From assembly GCA_963675525.2 (NCBI GenBank), contig CAXXSL010000001.1:160001-224000 (forward strand): a DNA stretch of 64,000 bases. The letters run 5' to 3'. A program made the position numbers and the translations under genes. Numbering within the stretch: the first letter of the stretch is position 1; every line of letters starts with the position of its first letter. This document shows, piece after piece, positions 50,369-57,601 of this stretch. Source of the stretch: Anaerohalosphaeraceae bacterium (GTDB lineage: Bacteria; Planctomycetota; Phycisphaerae; Sedimentisphaerales; Anaerohalosphaeraceae). The notes below the pieces were generated by a model. That model did not search any database, was not told the DNA's origin, and saw nothing but the letters and a program-made list of their open reading frames with translations.

Positions 50369-51904
50369 ATGATGAATATTCGAATGAAAGTTTTATGTAC
50401 TGCTGCCATTCTCGCAGTGTTGACACTTGTGGTCCCGGTGTCAGCGGATGTGATTAATGACTTCGAAGGAATCGCCGGCAATGCCATTGACTGGGCCTCC
50501 GACGTCAGTATTGACTCGGATCCTAATTACAGTTACGACTCGACCATCGGTGTCACCAGTGGCAGTCAGAGTGTGCGTTTGAATCAATGCGGATATGCCC
50601 AAACACTTTCTTTCCGACTGGATGCAGCCGGAAAGGCCCTTTTTATGGCTAATTCGTACTTTTCAATCGATGTCTCGGTTGCCGCCAGCGGCGGAACGTA
50701 TACTGCCGGCTACACCAACATTGAAGAGGTGGCTATGAACGCTTTGGGGCCCGGCTTTACGGCGGTTGCGTCGGGAACGCCGCTTCAGTTTTACTGGTGG
50801 GGATCTGCTCCGGAACGAACTGAAACGCTGATTGTTGATTACAGCGATTTCCGTGATGCCATTACGGCAACTGACTATATTGAGATTATTCTGACCACCA
50901 ACCCCGGCGGCGGGGCACCCTGCGAGATCTACTTCGACAATGCTCAGCTTTTTGGCGGAACAGGCGTCCTGGGGGCTTATGAGAACGAGGTCTTGGCGGA
51001 TAACCCGGTTTTGTACTTGCGGCTGGAAGAGGACACCACTACCAGCACCAGTTCCGGCAATGGTCCGCAGGCCGATTCCTCAGGTAACGACTATTGGGGC
51101 GTTCATCGCGCGAATACGGAATTTCGTGCCAATGAAGGGATTGGAAACTGCCGTTATTTACCGGGTATCGACGGCCAAAATGCGATTGCGGCGGGAAATG
51201 CTGCGGAATTTGACTGGACGTTTGATTTTAGCGATGACCATGCATTTGCTCCGGATGACATTTCATTTGAGCTCTGGTTCAATGCGGATGCTGACTTGGG
51301 CGCGTATGCCATCTTCTTCCAGCAGGTGAAGACTAGCGAATACCAAGCCCCGGGTTTGGGTAACAGTGAGGGGACTCTTCGCGTCTATACCGGAAATCCA
51401 ACCAACCCCATTCCGCCGGATCCGAATGATCCGAACGAAATCTCACAATTCTGGTGGTATACGAACGTGGAAACGCCGCAGGATGACCAATGGCACCAGG
51501 TCGTCGTCACTTATCAGGAAAGTTACGGCACGGCCGATGAGATGGCGATTCAGTTGTATCTGGACGGCAATTTGGAAAATTCAACGGTGGTTGGTGACGC
51601 CACATGGCCCGCCAGACTGGGACCGGAGTTTGATCATGTCGTTATCGGCGGTGCCAATGATTTAGGCTATGTCTGGAACTCCTTTAAGGGCTTTGTCGAT
51701 GAGTTTGCGATCTATGAGGGCATTCTGTCGGCGGACCGTATTGGGGTTCATTACAGTGCCGGCTTGTGTGCCATGTCCAAGGGCGATCTTACCGGGGACT
51801 GCAAGGTTGATATGGACGACTTTTCGGTACTGGCCGCGACTTGGATGTTGTGTAATGATCCCAACTCATTTGGGACGGATCCGGCTTGTGGGCCGACCTG
51901 GTGA
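50369..51904 (+). CDS. Secreted protein: CBM-like domain, LamG, dockerin-like tail
   Basis: INDFEG..YFDNAQ domain; VLADNPVLYLRL..SFELWF..FKGFVDEFAIY (LamG); GDLTGDCKVDMDDF..W. Confidence 0.75.
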   Translation: MMNIRMKVLCTAAILAVLTLVVPVSADVINDFEGIAGNAIDWASDVSIDSDPNYSYDSTIGVTSGSQSVRLNQCGYAQTLSFRLDAAGKALFMANSYFSIDVSVAASGGTYTAGYTNIEEVAMNALGPGFTAVASGTPLQFYWWGSAPERTETLIVDYSDFRDAITATDYIEIILTTNPGGGAPCEIYFDNAQLFGGTGVLGAYENEVLADNPVLYLRLEEDTTTSTSSGNGPQADSSGNDYWGVHRANTEFRANEGIGNCRYLPGIDGQNAIAAGNAAEFDWTFDFSDDHAFAPDDISFELWFNADADLGAYAIFFQQVKTSEYQAPGLGNSEGTLRVYTGNPTNPIPPDPNDPNEISQFWWYTNVETPQDDQWHQVVVTYQESYGTADEMAIQLYLDGNLENSTVVGDATWPARLGPEFDHVVIGGANDLGYVWNSFKGFVDEFAIYEGILSADRIGVHYSAGLCAMSKGDLTGDCKVDMDDFSVLAATWMLCNDPNSFGTDPACGPTW

Positions 51905-52033
51905 TGAGACTAATCTTCCGTAACTGGAAGTTAGAAGTGATAGTGAAGTGTGTGTGGTGTGTATGTGGTTAATCCTGCTCTGACGGTCAGGGCGGAAGTG
52001 AAATGATGAGAAAATTATTTCTCAGGAGGAAAG

Positions 52034-52699
52034 ATGATGAAAAGGTTAATGGTGTTAGGAATGTGTGCTGTGTTGATGTTGGGTACATCCAGTTTCGCAG
52101 CAATTATCAATGACTTCGAAGGAGTCGCTGGTAATGCGGTTCACTGGGATGGTGACAATGGGGCGAGAAGCATTGACGACGCTACGGTAAACCCGTCGAT
52201 TTACAGCTATGACTCGGTCACGGGTGTTACGAGCGGTTCACAAAGCGTCCATGTGAATGTACCTAGCTGGGGCCAGACTTTGGGACTCAGACTGGATTAT
52301 GCACAACGGGTCGACTTTATGGCCAACTCGATCTTTTCGATCGATATTTCGGTTCCGGCTAACCATGTCAATGATGGAAGCGGTGGGTGGACTGAGATCT
52401 ATAACGTGACGCTGAACACCGAAGGTTACGGATGGCATGACCAGTTTACGGTTCCCGCCATGCAATTTGGATTTTGGGACAATTCCGGAGTGCAGACCCA
52501 AACACTGACGTTTGATTACAGCGCTGCGAAGGCATCCATGCCAGCGGTTCCTGGTTGGGTCGAGATAATCTTTGCGACAAACAGTGATGGTGTTCATAGC
52601 AATTTGTACTTTGACAATGCCCAAGTAATCGTTCCGGAACCGGCGACACTGTCGATTCTGGGTTTGGGTGCAATGGCATTACTGCGTCGTAAGAAATAA
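52034..52699 (+). CDS. PEP-CTERM protein carrying a CBM-like domain paralogous to the upstream gene
   Basis: Signal peptide; INDFEG..YFDNAQ; VPEPATLSILGLGAMALLRRKK. Confidence 0.9.
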   Translation: MMKRLMVLGMCAVLMLGTSSFAAIINDFEGVAGNAVHWDGDNGARSIDDATVNPSIYSYDSVTGVTSGSQSVHVNVPSWGQTLGLRLDYAQRVDFMANSIFSIDISVPANHVNDGSGGWTEIYNVTLNTEGYGWHDQFTVPAMQFGFWDNSGVQTQTLTFDYSAAKASMPAVPGWVEIIFATNSDGVHSNLYFDNAQVIVPEPATLSILGLGAMALLRRKK

Positions 52700-52740
52700 G
52701 CGAACGATTCATTAAAAAGTGAGTATATGAGTCGTAAGAT

Positions 52741-52783
52741 CCTGTTACGGCGGCTCAAGTCCCTACGAGCCGCCGTAAACAGG
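52741..52783 (+). terminator. Strong hairpin without U tract (stabiliser or partial terminator)
   Basis: CCTGTTACGGCGGCTC / GAGCCGCCGTAAACAGG. Confidence 0.55.
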
Positions 52784-52852
52784 GGCGATATTGCCTGATT
52801 TCAGGTGTTTTTAAAGGTTTGTGTGGACAGGAAATCTCAGGAGTCGAAGATC

Positions 52853-53623
52853 ATGAAAAAATCGAAGGGTTTCACTTTAATTGAACTGCTGGTAGTCATT
52901 GCGATTATTGCACTCTTACTATCGATTATCCTGCCTTCATTGAAACGCGCCAAGGAGTCGGCACAGCGCATTGTCTGCAGAAACCATCTCAAAAATATCG
53001 GGCTTTCCAATGAGATTTATGCAACAGAGCATGATAACGCCTTTGTCCCAATCAATGATCCGAGTTTGCCTGTCGGTCACAGCCAGTGGGTTGTCAATGA
53101 TGCATTTCGGGATATTTTAAAGCTGAATGATAAACAGCAATCCGCGACGAGTAATTACGATACACCCGATGACTATCTTTGCCCAACGGACAGGATCAGT
53201 ACAGACAAAGCGAACGCTGGAGGTGGCGGCGTTCTGCTCAGTTATGCGTACAATCTGACCGATTGGGGATGGAATCATATGGCGTCGGGGAATTATACGG
53301 GCCACAAAACAAGTTCGCTCAAGGTTCCCGGTTCCAAACTGGCATTTTCGGATTCTGTTGACTGGTGGCTGGAATGGTCAGGTGCAGATTACCGATCGCC
53401 GGGATGGGATGACTTAGGACAGGATTCGCTGGATAATTACCAAGTTGCGGGCCGCTGGGGGCCGACAATTTACCGTCACAATGAGGGTGCCAATGTCCTT
53501 TACTATGATGCCCATTCTGAATACTTGAAGAAAGAAGAGATTTTCATTATCGACAACTTTGATGCAGGTCAACCGGGAATGTGGGCTGGGAATAAGGGCC
53601 TCTATGACCAATATCACCCCTAA
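52853..53623 (+). CDS. Prepilin-type N-terminal cleavage/methylation protein (DUF1559-like)
   Basis: KG|FTLIELLVVIAIIALLLSIILPSL, CRNHLKNIG, YLCPTD, SYAYN, RHNEGANVLYYDAH. Confidence 0.92.
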   Translation: MKKSKGFTLIELLVVIAIIALLLSIILPSLKRAKESAQRIVCRNHLKNIGLSNEIYATEHDNAFVPINDPSLPVGHSQWVVNDAFRDILKLNDKQQSATSNYDTPDDYLCPTDRISTDKANAGGGGVLLSYAYNLTDWGWNHMASGNYTGHKTSSLKVPGSKLAFSDSVDWWLEWSGADYRSPGWDDLGQDSLDNYQVAGRWGPTIYRHNEGANVLYYDAHSEYLKKEEIFIIDNFDAGQPGMWAGNKGLYDQYHP

Positions 53624-53875
53624 AACAAGACAGCAGCAGCAAGGATTTTATTAGTGTTCTTTCGAATGTGGTTCTGGTTGGTTGTTATATCTTTGGTTGC
53701 TGGATGGAATATTTCCCTGACATTTCTTTGGGCTCATGCAAACGTACCGTCTGAATTTAATTGCAGAAAGTGGGTTCGTATTTGATAACCGCATTTGGAG
53801 TAAAAGATTCGAAAACAATGACGATTGATTTTACCATCTTTTTTGTTATATTTATATGTAAAACGGGGCCAAAGA

Positions 53876-55978
53876 GTGTTCTTGAATAATCGATTACTTT
53901 GTCTAATTTGTATCTTTTTTGGGTTTTTGGTTGGTGTTCTTTGGGCTGAAGACGGCTATCGTTTATGGCTTCGCTACGAGCCGATCACCGATTCTGTACG
54001 TATTCAGGAATATAAGAATTCTATTAAACAAATCGTGCTGCCGGAGTCATTTCGAAGTGATGATGTCATAAAGAAAGAGCTTCAGAGAGGACTGTCAGGG
54101 CTTCTTGGAGTGACTGTTCCGTGTACGGACTCCATTACACAAAATGGGGCGTTGGTTATCGGGACGGCAGAAGACTCAGATGCGGTCCGCAAGTGTATCG
54201 ATGCTTCGACGTTAGAAGCGTGCGGTCCTGACGGATATGTGATTCGGTCTGTCCAATTCAACGACCGTTCGGTGACGATCATCGCAGGCAATACCCATTC
54301 GGGCTTGCTTTATGGAGTGTTTCATTTTTTGCGGTTGATGGAAACGACACAATCTCTTTGTGATTTATCGATTCAACAAAAGCCCGGAATACAAAATCGC
54401 TTGTTAAATCACTGGGATAATCTGGACGGAAGTGTTGAGCGAGGATACGCCGGTGAGTCTATTTGGGATTGGGAGACGTTGCCTGAGACAGTAAGTCCCC
54501 GTATCAAAGATTACGCCCGTGCGAATGCGTCGATTGGGATTAACGGGGTTGTGGTCAACAATGTGAACAGCCAGGCGGAGATCCTGACGGCCGATTATAT
54601 TCGTAAAGCGACGGCGATTGCCGATGTGCTGCGTCCGTACGGGATTCGCTTGTATTTCAGTATCAAATTTACCTCACCGCATGTGATTGGGGGGTTGGAG
54701 ACGTCTGACCCGCTGGATACGGAGGTTGTTGAGTGGTGGAAGAAAAAAGCGGCGGAGATTTATGCGGCGATTCCGGATTTTGGAGGCTTTTTGGTCAAGG
54801 CGTATTCGGAAGGTCAACCAGGGCCGCAGCAGTACGGCCGCAGTCATGCCGACGGGGCCAATTTGCTGGCTAAAGCATTGGCACCGCATGGGGGTGTGGT
54901 GATGTGGCGTTCGTTTGTGTATGATCTTACAATTGATTCGGACCGGACGAAGTGTGCCTATCTGGAGTTTGTTCCGCTGGACGGGAAGTTTGCATCGAAT
55001 GTGCTTATTCAAACCAAGAACGGGCCGATCGATTTTCAGCCGCGGGAGCCGTTTAACCCGCTGTTCGGGGCAATGAAAAAGACGCCGCTCATGATGGAGC
55101 TTCAGATCACGCAGGAATATACCGGACAGGCCAAGCATCTGGTGTATTTGGCGCCGCAGTGGAAAGAGGTGCTGGATGCGGATACCTATGCCAACGGGGC
55201 GGGTACGACTGTTGCGACAATTATCGATGGTTCGGCTCAGGGCCATTCCGTCAGTGGGATCGCCGGCGTTTCCGGAATCGGATCGGATCGCAACTGGACC
55301 GGACATCATTTTTCGCAGGCGAACTGGTATGCGTTCGGGCGGCTCGCCTGGGATGCGGATTTGTCGTCTGAGGCGATTGTCGAGGAGTGGATTCGGATGA
55401 CCTGGTCGAATGAGCCGGAGGTTGTGAAAGTCATTGCGGACATCATGGATGGTTCGTGGCAGTCGTGCATTGATTATATGACGCCGCTGGGGTTGCATCA
55501 TTTGATGGCCGAGGGGCATCATTACGGGCCCGGACCGGGGTATGTGCATCCGCAACGGCATGACTGGAGCTCGACCTATTATCATAAGGCTGATGCCGAG
55601 GGCATCGGGTTTGACCGCAGCAAAACGGGAACAAATGCGGTCAGTCAATATTATTCGCCTTTGAATGAGCGATTCAATAGCTTGGAGACCTGTCCCCAAG
55701 AGTATCTGTTGTGGTTTCATCATGTGTCATGGAGTCATCGCATGGCCTCCGGCGACTCGCTGTGGGACCAATTGCAGGCCCGTTACAGAGGCGGGGCCGA
55801 TGACGTGAAGAAGATGAAGGCGGCCTGGATTTCGCTGGCCGGTAAAGTGGATCAGGAGCGTTTTGAACATGTGAACCGGCGTTTGGAGATGCAGTTGACC
55901 AACGCCGAACAATGGCGGGATATCTGCCTTGCGTATTTCGGGCAGTTTGTTAAGGTCAACGAGGAATTCAATCATTAA
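53876..55978 (+). CDS. aguA: GH67 alpha-glucuronidase
   Basis: EDGYRLWLRY, NHWDNLDGSVERGYAG, GFLVKA.SEGQPGP, KNGPIDFQPREP, ELQITQEY. Confidence 0.95.
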   Translation: MFLNNRLLCLICIFFGFLVGVLWAEDGYRLWLRYEPITDSVRIQEYKNSIKQIVLPESFRSDDVIKKELQRGLSGLLGVTVPCTDSITQNGALVIGTAEDSDAVRKCIDASTLEACGPDGYVIRSVQFNDRSVTIIAGNTHSGLLYGVFHFLRLMETTQSLCDLSIQQKPGIQNRLLNHWDNLDGSVERGYAGESIWDWETLPETVSPRIKDYARANASIGINGVVVNNVNSQAEILTADYIRKATAIADVLRPYGIRLYFSIKFTSPHVIGGLETSDPLDTEVVEWWKKKAAEIYAAIPDFGGFLVKAYSEGQPGPQQYGRSHADGANLLAKALAPHGGVVMWRSFVYDLTIDSDRTKCAYLEFVPLDGKFASNVLIQTKNGPIDFQPREPFNPLFGAMKKTPLMMELQITQEYTGQAKHLVYLAPQWKEVLDADTYANGAGTTVATIIDGSAQGHSVSGIAGVSGIGSDRNWTGHHFSQANWYAFGRLAWDADLSSEAIVEEWIRMTWSNEPEVVKVIADIMDGSWQSCIDYMTPLGLHHLMAEGHHYGPGPGYVHPQRHDWSSTYYHKADAEGIGFDRSKTGTNAVSQYYSPLNERFNSLETCPQEYLLWFHHVSWSHRMASGDSLWDQLQARYRGGADDVKKMKAAWISLAGKVDQERFEHVNRRLEMQLTNAEQWRDICLAYFGQFVKVNEEFNH

Positions 55979-55991
55979 AAGGGATTTGCTC

Positions 55992-56066
55992 ATGCAGAAT
56001 GGAATACAAAAACTGTCAATTAAAGAAAGAATTGGTTATGAGCTGAGGGAGGGATACATAAAATGA
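55992..56066 (+). pseudogene. 24-codon remnant of a second GPH transporter N-terminus
   Basis: MQNGIQKLSIKERIGY resembles MSHYQHKLSFREKAGY; stop overlaps the next ATG (ATGA). Confidence 0.55.
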
Positions 56067-57601
56067 GCCATTATCAACACAAATTGTCTTTTCGCGAAAA
56101 AGCAGGGTACAGTTTAGGTGATGGCGCCGCCAACCTGGTTTTCCAGGTACTGATGGCGTATCAGTTCATATTCTTCACGCAGATCATGGGGCTCAGCGCC
56201 AAGGCTGCGGGACTCTTATTCCTGATCGGCCGTTTCTTCGATGCCTTTACCGATCCGGCCATGGGTTTTGTTGCAGATCGTACCCACACAAAGTGGGGAC
56301 GCTTCCGCCCTTGGTTGGTTTGGTCGGCACTGCCCTTTGCTGGTATTTTCTGGCTGACCTTCACCAGTCCTGGATGGTCACCCACCGGACAGATGGTCTA
56401 TGCCTACATCATGTATTTTTTATTGATGGGGGTTTACACCATCAACAATGTGCCGTATTGCGCGTTGAATGGAGTGATGACCGGTGATGTGGATGAGCGT
56501 ACCAGTCTATCCACCTACCGGTTTGTTTGTGTGACAATCATTCAGTTCATTGTTCAGGGACTGACACTGCCATTGGTTGGAAAATTCGGTCAGGGAGACG
56601 ATGCCAAGGGATGGTCGATTACGATGGGAATTTTCGCAATTGTGACAATCTTCTTTTTCGTGATTTGCTTTTTTTCGGTAAAAGAACGGGTGACGCCCGA
56701 TCCTAAGCAGAAGTCTTCCGCCAGGCAGGACATGCTTGATACCTTTAGGAATCGTCCTTGGGTCATCCTTTTCAGTGCAACACTGATGATTTTCATCATG
56801 CTAGTGGTTCGTGGCGGATCGCTGCCCCTTTTTGTGGAGCACTTTGCCGACCGTGGGGCGCTGGGGGATTATATTGGGTCCCTGGGATTTCAGCGTGTCG
56901 ACGATGTTGCTCTGACCGGCTTCAGAAAAGTACTGGACGCCTTTGGTCTTCTGGTGGCGCCGGATAACTCAAATGTGCATAAAGTTGCGTATGGCGTATT
57001 CGGGATGTTGGGTACCTTTACCACCTTTTTGGGGGTACTCTGTTCCAAGCCCCTATCAAAGCTTATCGGCAAACGCATGGTTTTCGTTGTCTCGCTTATC
57101 GTGACGACGCTGGTGACCCTGTGGCTGTATTTCATACCTGCCACAAATATTCGTGCCATGTTGTGGCAAAGTGCTTTGTGGGGATTGGCGTATGGACCGA
57201 CCGTACCCTTGCTGTGGTCGATGATTGCTGACACTGCCGACTACTCTGAATGGAAGACAGGTCGTCGCGCGACCGGGTTTGCGTTTGCTGGTGTGGTCTT
57301 TGCCCTCAAATTTGGTTTGGGAGTCGGCGGCTATGTCCAAGGGGTGATTTTAGGCGCGTATGGTTATGACGGCAATGAAGGAGCGGTTTTAACCGAACGA
57401 GCTATCGATGGTATTCGTATTGCCTCAACGATTGCTCCGGCCGCTTTCATTTTTGCTGCCGTGGCGATCCTCCTGTTCTACCCGATTACCAAGAAATTGA
57501 ATTACCAAATTGGTGATGAGTTGGCCCAACGACGGCTTGAGCGTCGGAAGGGGCAAACTGAATTGAACGATTCACCGGATATGACGGAAGGCAATCGATG
57601 A
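56063..57601 (+). CDS. MFS glycoside-pentoside-hexuronide:cation symporter
   Basis: EKAGYSLGD, DAFTDP.MG..ADRT.TKWGRFRPW, WSMIADTADYSEWKTGRR. Confidence 0.93.
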   Translation: MSHYQHKLSFREKAGYSLGDGAANLVFQVLMAYQFIFFTQIMGLSAKAAGLLFLIGRFFDAFTDPAMGFVADRTHTKWGRFRPWLVWSALPFAGIFWLTFTSPGWSPTGQMVYAYIMYFLLMGVYTINNVPYCALNGVMTGDVDERTSLSTYRFVCVTIIQFIVQGLTLPLVGKFGQGDDAKGWSITMGIFAIVTIFFFVICFFSVKERVTPDPKQKSSARQDMLDTFRNRPWVILFSATLMIFIMLVVRGGSLPLFVEHFADRGALGDYIGSLGFQRVDDVALTGFRKVLDAFGLLVAPDNSNVHKVAYGVFGMLGTFTTFLGVLCSKPLSKLIGKRMVFVVSLIVTTLVTLWLYFIPATNIRAMLWQSALWGLAYGPTVPLLWSMIADTADYSEWKTGRRATGFAFAGVVFALKFGLGVGGYVQGVILGAYGYDGNEGAVLTERAIDGIRIASTIAPAAFIFAAVAILLFYPITKKLNYQIGDELAQRRLERRKGQTELNDSPDMTEGNR

